A DNA stretch of 64,000 nucleotides. Origin: Sphyrna mokarran (lineage: Eukaryota). Below are positions 56,201-64,000 of the stretch, in pieces; position 1 is the stretch's first letter, and the number at the start of each line of letters is the position of its first letter. A model generated the notes under the pieces. That model made no database searches and was not told the DNA's origin. It saw nothing but the letters and a program-made list of their open reading frames with translations. Where the stretch lies: contig JAGIQG010000019.1 of assembly GCA_024679065.1 (NCBI GenBank), positions 15,996,001 through 16,060,000 of the forward strand, in the 5' to 3' direction. Made by a program: the position numbers and the translations under genes.

Positions 56201-59200
56201 ATTCTTTGGAAAACAAATGATTTAGTCAGCTTTGAAATTTCACTTTTACTGGCAAATAACATCCCAATCAGTTTGGGAAAATTTAATGCTACATTTGCTG
56301 AGTTGATGTTGAATCTTTTTGTAATTGGCTGAAAAGTAGCTGGTTTTTCGAAGCAATTTGGTCAAGGACTTCTTATGAATGGTGAGCGCTGCATTTGTGG
56401 AAGGGAATGATTAACTTTGTAGTTTGTGAATGGATATTTTCCTTTTCCCTTTGCAATGTGAAACCATTTGCCACTTAAATCTTTGATTGACATAATGATG
56501 CTAAGATGAATAAAAAATCATGTGAAACAATTGCAGCAGTAATGAATAATTATTCTGTACAAATTCTGCTTTTGTTTAGGGCCGTTCACAGGAACTAGAA
56601 GACCTACAACTTCAGAGACTACTGTCACTAGTGAGTATGTTTTTGGCATTCTCGTGTCCTGAAATTAATTTATTTGATGGGTAGATTAATAATGTTTCAA
56701 ATTTGCCCCCCTACATAGGGCCAACAGCAATGACTCCATCAGGTGTACCAACTGTTCCTGAGACAGCAATTACTGGTGAGTGCATCTCCTTGCACATCAT
56801 AACCTGATATTAATTTTGCGCTATTTGTAATTTAATGCTTTGCAGCAGTTTTTTCTGTTACGTTAAACCAGCATCAGCTGGCATGATAGTAAATCCTATT
56901 GTTTCTGAAACGAAGAGTAATGACGTATGTATTCATTCACATTGTCACAATAGTATTTCAAAACCTCGAATAATTAGTTTTCAAAAGGAAACAACATTTG
57001 AAACTTATGAAATTTCACGTTGTGTTTGCAGGCAAGGGTCAGTTATGTTATTTCTTTAGTCAACATACCTGAGGAACTGTTCTGAAGGGAAACCTGAGAA
57101 TTTGAGTGAGAGAATTATTGCTGATCTGCGAGACAGTTTATGGGGCATGTTTGATCCTTACTGAGGTGCAAGCAATACCTGATTAAGAATTTGACTTAGA
57201 TAATGATATTTATAATTAAACATTTCCTTGGAAATGAATTGCAGTCATAGTGAATAAATGCTTGTCCAAATGTCTGTGCTGTTTAGGACCAACAAGAACT
57301 GCAGGAACTGGAGGACCGACCACTTCAGAGACCACTGTCAGGGGTGAGTTTCAGTTTTATCGTACCTGCCACATTAAATCAATTTATATGCTTTGTGGAC
57401 TAATGTTGTCTCATTTTATCCCTGCTCTCTAGGGCCAATGGCAATGACTGTGACAGGTACACTTCCTGTTTCTGCGAGCAGAATTACTGGTGAGCAGAGC
57501 TTCTTTGATGTTAAAAGCTGCTGTTAATTTTGTGCTATTTGTAATTTTTAACACTACCGTAGGTATAGTTATGTTGGAGCTGCACAAGGTAGCAAGGCAG
57601 TCACTCAGATATTTTTCAATTATGTAACTAACAATGATTGAATGTATTCTCAGTGTCATAGGATGTTTGCGATGCCAAGGTGTCCCAGGCAAGGGACATG
57701 TTGTTGGTGTGTCATTGCAGTTCACTGTATTTGCAGTCTATTCAGATGGACATGTTTGAATGTGTACCAGTTGAATTGTTCCATTGAGATGCTATTGGTA
57801 AGCATCTTCTTCTTTACAAGTGTTTGTTTTTGCTTTGTGCTGACGATAAAATGATCAACAGATAGAAATTATGATTGTTTCATTTCAGTTTTTGTATACA
57901 TTTGTTCCTCTGCAGATTCTGTAAAAATATGCATGTTGGTGTTTTACTACTAATTGATGCATATTCATGTTGACTCTGACAGAGTTTTTTATTGAAGGGA
58001 AATTGGAATACTAAGTGCTACCTTACAGAGTAGATGCCTTACATTATCAATTATAGCATTCAGAAATGGACAGTGTTATTGAATATGATTATTAATGGTA
58101 ATGCAGATTATGCAGCATGCCCCTGAAGGCAACTTGGGACCACGAATAGCAGAATTTGTGAATTTGAAAAGGTAGTCCTAAGGAAGACTTTCCAAACATT
58201 AATGAGCACTTGGAGAAGCTAGTTTTGACATTCTGCATTGTTGATTTAGAAGTATATATTGAAATTTAAAATTTGATACATTTACATTTGCATTTTGAAG
58301 AGGTAGGATTTTGGTGCTATAACTTTAGATGTCTAAATCCATTTATTTGCATGACTGATGATTGGTAACTGATCAAGAGATTTGAGATGGACAATAATGC
58401 GCGTTTGTCTGTGATGGAAAGGCTGAATGGAAAATATCTCATTTGTAGACTTGTAGAAAGACGGAGTCTTTTATTTTGGTCCACCAGTATGTTTGTCCTT
58501 GCTGGTGAAATTTATATGCAGACGTCAGATATAATTATTTCTTCCAACAAAATAAATTCAAAGCTGTAAATTTCAGCAAGATAATGAATCCCTGATCGGA
58601 AATGCCAGTTGTTCAGTGGATTTTTGGAAGATATACGTTATTCTCTGGAAAATAAATGATTTAGTCACTGTTAAAATTTCACTTTCACTGGCAAATAATA
58701 TCTGAATCGTTTTGAGAAAATTTAGTGTCATAATTGCTAACTCCATGTTGAATTTTTTGTAAGTACCTCAAAAATGACTGGTCGAGAAACTGTTCTGAAT
58801 GGTGAGAGCTGCATGTGTGAAAGGGAATGATTAATTTTATGGTTTGTGTATGGATATCTTCCTTTTTCCTTTGCAATGTAGAACCATTTGCCCCTTGAGG
58901 CTTTGACTGACATAATAATGCTAAGATGAATAAAAATTCTTAGAAACGATTGCAGCACGAATGAATAAATCTTTTATACAAATTCCGCTTCTCTTTAGGA
59001 TCGACACCATTTACAGGAACTGGAAGACCTACAACTTCAGAGACTACTGTCAGTGGTGAGTATTGTCTTTAGCATCCTCATCACTTGAAAGGAATTTCTT
59101 TGGTAGATTAATATTGCTTTACATTTGCTTGACTACATAGGGCCAACAGCAATGACTCCATCAGGCATACCAGCTGTTCCTGAGACAGCAATTACTGGTG

Positions 59201-62200
59201 AGTAGATCTCCTTATACATTATAACCTGATATTAATTTCGAGCTATTTGTAATTTAATGCTTTGCAGCATTTTTTTCTAATACCTTGGACCAGCACCAAC
59301 TCGGGTGATAGTAAATCCTATTGTTTCTGAAACGAAGATGGGTGTATTTTCTCATTGTCACAACAATATTTCAGACCTTTAAATAATTAGCTTTCACAAG
59401 CAAACAACATTAGAAACTTGTGAGATTTAATATTGTGTTGCTGAGAGCAGTTGAATGATATTGTTATTCTCTCGGGCAACATGGACGAGGAACTGTTCTG
59501 AAGGGAAACCTAGCATTTGAGTGAGGGAATTATCGCTGATATGCAAGATAGTTTACGGATCATGTTTGATCCTTACTGAGGTGCCAGCAATTCCTGGTTA
59601 AGAATTTGACTCAGATAATGATGCTTATAACTAATCATTTCCTTGGAAATGAATTGCAGTAATAGTACATCAATAATCCGTTCTAATTTTCATGCTGTTT
59701 AGGACCAACAAGAACTGCAGGAACTGGAGGACCAACCACTTCAGAGACCACTGTCCGTGGTGAGTTTCAGTTTATCGTACTGACTACATGAAGTTAATTT
59801 TTGTGCTTCCTGGATTAATGTTATTTCATATTATTTCTGCTCCTAGTCCCAGTGGCAATGACTGTGACAGGTACACTTCCTGTTTCAGAGAGCAGAATTA
59901 CTGGTGAGCAGAGCTTCTTTCATGTTAAAAGCTGCTGTTGGTTTTGTGCTATTTGTGGTTTTTAGCTCAATCATGTATTTCCAGTAAGACCTGCACACAG
60001 GAGCAGGATAGTGACTCAGATAGTTTCCGAAACTGTGATTAACAATGATTGAATGTACTCTCAGTGTCATATGATGTTTACCATGCCAAGGAATCCCTGG
60101 CAAGAGACATGTTGGTGCATCATTGCAGTTCTGTATTTTCATTCCATTCAGATGGAAGGGTTTGAATGTGTATCCGTTGAGTTGTCCCATATTGCTTTTG
60201 ATAAGCATCTTCTTGTTAGCATATGCTTGTCAGCATGTGCTTGTTTTTGCTTTGTGGTAATGATAGAATGGTCAGCAGAAAGGAATTATTGATTGCCTTC
60301 TTTCAGTTTTTTTATACGTTTGTTTCTCAGTGCAGAAACTGTAAAAACATGCATGTTAGTGTTTCTCTTGTCTTATTGCTGATTGATACATGTTCATGTT
60401 GACACTGACAGAGCTTTTCATTGAAGGGAAATTGGAATATTAAGTGCTACCTGACAGAGTAGATGTCTTGCATTATCAATTATAATGTCTGGAAGAGGAT
60501 TGTATTATAAAATATGATTATTGATGAAAATGTAGGTTGTGCAACATGTCCATGAAGTCAGATTGAGACTGTAAATGGCAGCATTTATGAATTTTAAAAA
60601 ATCATAAGGTAGACAGGCCAAACTTTAATGAGCAGTCATAGATGCTGGTTTTGGCATTCTGCATTGCTGTTTTGGAAGGGTTTATTGAAATTTAAAATCT
60701 AATATATTTACATTTGCGTTTTGAAGAGCTAATATTTTGGTGCTATTGACTTCAGATCATTAAATCCATTTATTTGCATGAATGATGATCGATAAGACAT
60801 CAGAAGATTTGTGATGTACAATAATGCATTGTTTGTCTGTGATAAAAGGCCGAATGGAAAGCATCTCATTTGTAGATTAACAGAATGACCAATTGTTCTA
60901 TTTTGATTTGGCAGTATGGATAAACTTTGCTGATAAAATGTACATGCAGACAGACAGAAATAATTATTCCCTCCAACAGAATAAATTCAATGCTGTAAAT
61001 TTCAATAACATAATGAATTCCTGTTCGGAAATGCTAGTGGGATTTTTGAAAGACATACTTTCTTCTTTGGAAAATAAATGATTTGGACACTGTTAAAATT
61101 TCATTTTTCACTGGCAAATATTCTCCAAATAATTTGGGGAAAATTTAGTGCCACATTTGTTGACCCTATGTCCAAGTTTTTGTAATTGCCTAAAAAGTAA
61201 TTGGTTTTTGCAGGCAACTTGGTTGAGGACCTGGTCTGAATTGTAAGCACTGCATTTGTGGAAAGGAATGATTAATTTTGTAGTTTGCGCACTGATATTT
61301 TCCTTTTTCCTTCGCAATGTGGAAGCATTTGCCACTTGAGGCTTTGACTGACATAGTGTTGCTAAGATGAATTAAAAATCTTGGGAAGCAATTTCACTGT
61401 TAATGAATAAATATTCTGTACTAATTCTGCTCCTCTTTAGGGCCAACACCATTCACAGGAACTGGAAGATCTACAACTTCAGAGACTACTGTCAGTGGTG
61501 AGTATTGTTTTTAGCATCCTTGTCATCTGAAATTAATTGATTTGTTTGGTAGACTAATATTGTTTCAAATTTGCTCGATTACATAGGGCCAACAGCAATG
61601 GTTCCATCAGGTGTACCAACTATTCCCGAGACAGCAATTACTGGTGAGTTGCTCTCATTACGCATTATAACCTGATATTCATGTTGGGAAATTTATAATT
61701 TAAAAATCTGTAGTATTTTTTCTGTTAACTTGGACCAGCAACACATCAGATGATAGTAAGCCCCATTGCATCTGACACTGGGTGTAATGATGAGTGTATC
61801 AGTTCACATTGTCACAATAAAATTTCAGAATCTTGAATAATTATCTTCCACAAGCAAACAACATTTGAAACTTGTGAAATTTTAATGTTGTGCTGCTGAG
61901 ACCAGGTCAATGATATTGTTGTTCCTTCAGTCAACGTGCCCGAGGAATTGTTGTGAAGGGAAACACCAGAATTTGAGTGAGGAATTTATTGCTGATCTCG
62001 AGAATATTTATGGGTCATGTTTGATCCTTACTGAGGTGCAAGCAATATCAAATGTCTGTGCTGTTTAGGGTCAACAAGAACTGCAGGAACTGAAGGACCA
62101 ACCACTTCAGAGACCACCATCAGTGGTGAGTTTCTGTTTTATCAAACTCACCACCTGAAATTAATTTGTGTGCTTTATGGACTCATCTTGTTTCATAGTA

Positions 62201-63922
62201 TCTCTGTTCCCTGGGCCCAATGGGAATGACTGTGACAGGTACACTTCCTGTTTCTAAGAGCAGTGTTACTGGTGAACTGGGCTTCTTCTGTTAGTGTTGT
62301 ATTATTTGTGATTTTTAATCCTACCCGAGGCCTACAGTTATATTGGATCTGCAGCAGATAGCAGAACAGTCACGCGGATAGTTTCTGAACCTGTGATTTA
62401 AGGACGATTGAATGTATTCTCGGTGTCATACAATGTTTGCGATGCCAAGGTGTCCCAGCTAAGGAATATGTTGTTAGTGTGTCATTGCAGTTCACTCTAT
62501 TTTTAGTCCATTCAGATGGAAGGCTTTGAATGTATATCAGTTGAGATGTTCCATACTGCTTTTCGTGAGCATCTTCTTCATTGTTTATGTATTGGCTTGT
62601 GTTGAAATTGTCAACAGATAGAAATTAATGATTGGTTTATTTGTACACATTTGCTTCTCAGTGTAGAAACTGTAAAGACATGCATGTTGGTGTTTCACTT
62701 GTCTGTTAATTGATGCATATTCATGTTGACACTGAAGGTGCTCTTCAGTGAGTGGAAATTGGAATAATAAATGCTACCTGATAGAGTAGATGTCTTGTAT
62801 TTCAATTATAATGTTTGAAAGTGGGCAGTGTTATTGAATGTGATTATTGATCATAATGTACGTTGTGTCCATGATGTTTATGAATTGAAACGGTAAGTAA
62901 GGCAGACTGTCCAAACTTTAATGAGCACTGGAAGATCCTGGTTTTGACATTCTGCATTGCATTTTGGAAGCATATATTGAAATTTAAAATTTAACATTTT
63001 CATTTGTATTTTGAAGACTTGGTGTTTGGTGCTATTGATTTTAGATTGCTAAATGCATTTATTCACATGAACGATGATTGGTAAGGCATTTGGTGATTTG
63101 AGATGTACAGTAATGCATGGTTTATCAGTGATCTGCTGGAAAGCTCCTCATTTGTAGCCTAGCCGAAGGACAGCATGTTTAATTTTGATTCGGCAGTATG
63201 ATAGACCTGATGAAATTTATGTGCAGGCATAATTATTCCTTCCAACAGAATAAATTCAAAGCAGTAAATTTCAATATTGTAATGAATTCCTGATCAGAAA
63301 TGCCATTTGTTCAGTGGGATTTTTGAAAGACAAACTTTATTCTTTGGAAAACAACTGATTTAATCAGCTTTGAAATTTCACTTTTACTGGCAAATAACAT
63401 CCAAATCATTTTGGGAAAATTTAATGCTATGTTTGCTGACTCCATGTTGAATTTTTTTGTAATTACCTGAAAAGTTAGCTGGTTTTTGAACACATTTTGG
63501 TCGACTAACTGTTCTGAATGATAAGAGCTGCGTTATTGGAAGAGAATGATTAACTGTGTAGTTTGTGAATGGAGATTTTCCTCTTTTCCTTCCCAATGTG
63601 GAGCCATTTACCACTTGAGGCTTTGATTGATGTAATGATGCTAAGATGAATAAGAAATCTCGGAAAACAATTGCAGCGGTAATGAGTAAATATTCTGTAC
63701 AAATTCTGCTTCTCTTTAGGGCCAACACCATTCAGCGGAACAGGAAGACCTACAACTTCAGAGACTACTATCAGTGGTGAGTATTATCTTTAGCATCTTC
63801 GTCATCTGAAATTAATTGATTTGTTTGGTAGATTAATATTGTTGCAAATTTGCCTCACTATATAGGGCCAATAGCAATGACTTCATCAGGTGTACCAACT
63901 GTTCCTGAAACAGCAATTACTG
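30..63922 (+). CDS. Internal part of a giant multi-exon mucin-like (PTS/Gly-rich) gene; ~92 symmetric phase-1 mini-exons, open at both window ends
   Basis: Recurring 57-nt blocks bounded by pyrimidine-rich AG and GTGAG. They translate without stops to Thr/Ser/Pro/Gly-rich 19-mers, look better conserved than the flanking introns, and their indels preserve frame. Confidence 0.88.
2211..3108 (+). CDS. Exons A 2211-2267, B 2345-2401, C 2906-2962, D 3052-3108
   Basis: 57-nt phase-1 exons, AG/GT intact, no stops. Confidence 0.85.
3381..4015. mobile_element. Non-autonomous TIR element (MITE-like, possibly PIF/Harbinger-related)
   Basis: Ends GGGCCTGATTTTAC and GTAAAATTAGCCC are imperfect inverted repeats. 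It interrupts unit sequence and is homologous to five other copies. Superfamily is a guess from the GGGC termini. Confidence 0.7.
4101..4303 (+). CDS. Exons C 4101-4157, D 4247-4303 (unit without A/B)
   Basis: GPTIIAGTGGPTTSETTVS / GPMAMTVTGTLPVSASRIT. Confidence 0.85.
5313..6230 (+). CDS. Exons A 5313-5369, B 5459-5515, C 6028-6084, D 6174-6230
   Basis: 57-nt phase-1 exons, AG/GT intact. Confidence 0.85.
6366..7128. mobile_element. Same TIR family, right end deleted
   Basis: Starts GGGCCCAATATTACCATTTTCATTCTGAG; C-rich minisatellite interior. Confidence 0.7.
7169..8640 (+). mobile_element. CR1-type LINE, 5'-truncated ORF2 (reverse transcriptase), decayed
   Basis: Motifs DKSLGPDGIYPRLL, DFSKAFDK, SGVPQGSVLGPLLF, KFADD, WQMEFNPDKC and LERVQRRFTRM; stops and frameshifts flank ORF 7558-8316. 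Confidence 0.95.
8855..9172 (+). mobile_element. V-SINE (HE1-like) with CR1-type 3' tail
   Basis: tRNA-like head GGGCAACACGACAGCTCAGTG, V-domain GAGTTTGCGCATTCTCCCC...GGTGCTCTGGTTTCCTCCC, and tail GGGCCGAAGGGCCTGTTTCCTGTGCTGT(TTGTTCT)n. Confidence 0.8.
10125..10823 (+). pseudogene. Pseudo-exons A 10125-10181, B 10271-10327 and truncated C from 10794
   Basis: Donors read CTGAG and TTGAG. The C copy breaks off after GPTRTIGT with TGA. Confidence 0.75.
10927..11129 (+). CDS. Exons C 10927-10983, D 11073-11129
   Basis: AG/GT intact, no stops. Confidence 0.85.
12633..13549 (+). CDS. Exons A 12633-12689, B 12773-12829, C 13349-13402 (54 nt), D 13493-13549
   Basis: AG/GT intact; in-frame 3-nt deletion in C. 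Confidence 0.85.
13686..15090. mobile_element. Same TIR family with expanded minisatellite, right end truncated
   Basis: Starts GGGGCTCGATTTTACCATTTGCATTCTAAG; same insertion site as the copies at 6366 and 25538. Confidence 0.7.
13957..14525 (+). repeat. ~37-bp C-rich minisatellite (approx. CCCACACACATCACTGTCCCCCTTATCCACCCCCCACTA), about 15 degenerate copies
   Basis: Repeated CATCACTGTCCCCCTTATCCA cores; shorter arrays at ~6640-6915 and ~25810-25975. Confidence 0.85.
15657..16951. mobile_element. Same TIR family, left TIR clipped
   Basis: ATTTTACCATTATCATTCTAAG ... GTAAAATCAGGCCC; interrupts the consensus GAATGACAGA/GTCTTTT. Confidence 0.7.
17495..18406 (+). CDS. Exons A 17495-17551, B 17641-17697, C 18204-18260, D 18350-18406
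   Basis: AG/GT intact, no stops. Confidence 0.85.
19831..19897 (+). mobile_element. 67-bp 3' tail of the CR1/HE1 family
   Basis: Matches 9110-9172; flanked by a TACA duplication. Confidence 0.8.
19991..20193 (+). CDS. Exons C 19991-20047, D 20137-20193 (unit without A/B)
   Basis: AG/GT intact; D acceptor is the weaker GAG. Confidence 0.8.
21708..22595 (+). CDS. Exons A 21708-21764, B 21854-21910, C 22393-22449, D 22539-22595
   Basis: AG/GT intact, no stops. Confidence 0.85.
23535..23969 (+). mobile_element. Penelope-like element 3' fragment
   Basis: 14-bp TSD GACTTGCAGAATGA. Encodes KQRLIAKFYTHENGLNRDLGF (GIY-YIG C-terminus-like). Contains a degenerate hammerhead core at 23882-23905 followed by AATAAA. 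Confidence 0.8.
24519..25404 (+). CDS. Exons A 24519-24575, B 24660-24713 (54 nt), C 25204-25257 (54 nt), D 25348-25404
   Basis: AG/GT intact; two in-frame 3-nt deletions. Confidence 0.85.
25538..26807. mobile_element. Same TIR family, chimeric copy
   Basis: Left junction equals that of the 13686 copy; right junction (TTAAAATTGGCCCC) equals that of the copy ending at 16951. Confidence 0.7.
27353..28248 (+). CDS. Exons A 27353-27409, B 27498-27554, C 28047-28103; D 28192-28248 lacks its acceptor
   Basis: D is preceded by CT instead of AG. Confidence 0.8.
29765..31558 (+). CDS. Exons A 29765-29821, B 29941-29997, C 31356-31412, D 31502-31558
   Basis: AG/GT intact; CR1 insertion in the B-C intron. 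Confidence 0.85.
30255..31107 (+). mobile_element. CR1-type LINE 3' fragment
   Basis: DLDRLSQWARIWQMDYNVGKCEVIHFG, LEGVQRMFIRLI, RRLRGDLIETYKIM; tail CCTACTCCTGCTCTTATTTCTTATGT. Confidence 0.93.
33055..33969 (+). CDS. Exons A 33055-33111, B 33201-33257, C 33768-33824, D 33913-33969
   Basis: AG/GT intact, no stops. Confidence 0.85.
35482..36546 (+). CDS. Exons A 35482-35538, B 35628-35684, C 36346-36402, D 36490-36546
   Basis: AG/GT intact, no stops. Confidence 0.85.
35957..36109 (+). mobile_element. Penelope-like terminal fragment
   Basis: Close match to 23820-23969; imperfect TSD ATTTCCTC/ATTCCCTC. Confidence 0.75.
38068..38985 (+). CDS. Exons A 38068-38124, B 38213-38269, C 38785-38841, D 38929-38985
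   Basis: AG/GT intact, no stops. Confidence 0.85.
40877..41364. mobile_element. Penelope-like insertion as an inverted terminal-repeat pair, inside exon B
   Basis: TSD ACCATCAGGTGT (40865-40876 and 41365-41376). Arms 40909-41128 and 41149-41368 are reverse complements. Homologous to the 23535 element. Confidence 0.85.
41265..41300 (+). ncRNA. Minimal type I hammerhead ribozyme motif (Penelope-type); mirror copy on the - strand at ~40977-41012
   Basis: CTGATGA-A-GACAC-GGGA-GTGTT-GAAA-GCTC: intact core, stem II and palindromic AGCT stem III. Confidence 0.65.
41916..42118 (+). CDS. Exons C 41916-41972, D 42062-42118
   Basis: AG/GT intact, no stops. Confidence 0.85.
43601..45632 (+). CDS. Exons A 43601-43657, B 43747-43803, C 45576-45632 (D deleted)
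   Basis: AG/GT intact; after the C donor GTGAA the sequence jumps into the late D-A intron. Confidence 0.8.
43932..45198. mobile_element. Same TIR family, both ends present, in a B-C intron
   Basis: GGGCCCAATTTTACC ... CTAAATTGGGCCG. Confidence 0.72.
44257..44289 (+). repeat. (CA)n microsatellite, preceded by (GT)n at 44229-44242
   Basis: Read directly. Confidence 0.95.
46087..47002 (+). CDS. Exons A 46087-46143, B 46233-46289, C 46801-46857, D 46946-47002
   Basis: AG/GT intact, no stops. Confidence 0.85.
47118..48046 (-). mobile_element. CR1-type LINE 3' fragment, antisense, internally deleted
   Basis: ORF 47482-48051 has FDKVSH, SGVPQESVLGP and KFADD. The tail is seen as CATAAGAACATAAGAAATAGGAGCAGG. 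GTCA is duplicated at the flanks. Confidence 0.93.
49412..50282 (+). CDS. Exons A 49412-49468, B 49558-49614, C 50081-50137, D 50226-50282
   Basis: AG/GT intact, no stops. Confidence 0.85.
51797..52675 (+). CDS. Exons A 51797-51853, C 52486-52530 (45 nt), D 52619-52675; B 51942-51998 is a pseudo-exon
   Basis: B has a TG acceptor and an AT donor; C has an in-frame 12-nt deletion. Confidence 0.8.
54193..55131 (+). CDS. Exons A 54193-54249, B 54339-54395, C 54929-54985, D 55075-55131
   Basis: AG/GT intact, no stops. Confidence 0.85.
56580..57489 (+). CDS. Exons A 56580-56630 (51 nt), B 56719-56775, C 57287-57343, D 57433-57489
   Basis: AG/GT intact; in-frame 6-nt deletion in A. Confidence 0.85.
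58999..59903 (+). CDS. Exons A 58999-59055, B 59141-59197, C 59703-59759, D 59847-59903
   Basis: AG/GT intact, no stops. Confidence 0.85.
61441..62271 (+). CDS. Exons A 61441-61497, B 61587-61643, C 62069-62125; D 62215-62271 lacks its acceptor
   Basis: D is preceded by GG instead of AG and has the weakened donor GTGAAC. Confidence 0.8.
63720..63922 (+). CDS. Exons A 63720-63776, B 63866-63922
   Basis: AG/GT intact, no stops. Confidence 0.85.
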
Positions 63923-64000
63923 GTGAGTAGATCTCCTTAAACATTACAACGTGCTATTAATTTAGAGCTTTTTGTAATTTAATACTCTGCAGCACTTTTT

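Larger units (their letters stand above)
1..64000 (+). repeat. Tandem array of ~2.4-kb units (exon A - ~88 nt - B - ~500 nt - C - ~88 nt - D - ~1.5 kb)
   Basis: A-exon starts at 49412, 51797, 54193, 56580, 58999, 61441 and 63720 give spacings of 2279-2442 bp. Intron sequence is homologous between all units. Confidence 0.97.

Noticed and set aside
700-63731. Short ORFs in unit introns (MYSQCH..., ...QKPATFQAITKKFNMES...)
   Set aside because: Frames and stops are not conserved among paralogous units; no recognisable domain.
30-63922. Naming the gene (MUC19, CD45, endomucin, TIM etc.)
   Set aside because: Only low-complexity repeat exons are present; no diagnostic domain in the window.
1-64000. 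CRISPR-like or prokaryotic repeat array
   Set aside because: Spacers are homologous to each other and kb-scale, there are no cas genes, and the context is a vertebrate intron/exon structure.
1-64000. Shark Ig/TCR cluster or VLR-like cassette locus with somatic rearrangement
   Set aside because: No Ig or LRR coding segments, and I saw no heptamer-spacer-nonamer signals flanking the cassettes; they are bounded by splice sites.
1-64000. Array as an assembly artefact
   Set aside because: Units differ substantially and carry private insertions and deletions, unlike collapsed or duplicated reads.

Overview
Eukaryotic DNA, most likely from a cartilaginous fish, as inferred from an HE1-like V-SINE, CR1 LINEs and Penelope termini. 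The whole window is the interior of one + strand gene that the ORF track misses. It is a tandem array of about 24 copies of a ~2.4-kb unit. Each unit carries four 57-nt, phase-1/phase-1 mini-exons (AG|GN...G|GTRAG) encoding 19-aa Thr/Ser/Pro/Gly mucin-type peptides: A GPTPFTGTGRPTTSETTVS, B GPTAMTPSGVPTVPETAIT, C GPTRTAGTGGPTTSETTVS, D GPMAMTVTGTLPVSESRIT. I count 92 exon copies plus one truncated copy. 85 have intact AG/GT and no stop codon, giving about 1,600 aa if all are joined, and every exonic deletion is a multiple of 3. Seven copies are disabled. No start, stop or folded domain lies in the window, so the gene cannot be named. Introns hold CR1 fragments, a V-SINE, a TIR (MITE-like) family and Penelope fragments with hammerhead motifs. 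One Penelope insertion inside an exon forms a 220-bp hairpin, and its target-site duplication recreates in-frame splice sites. All coordinates and counts were read by eye.
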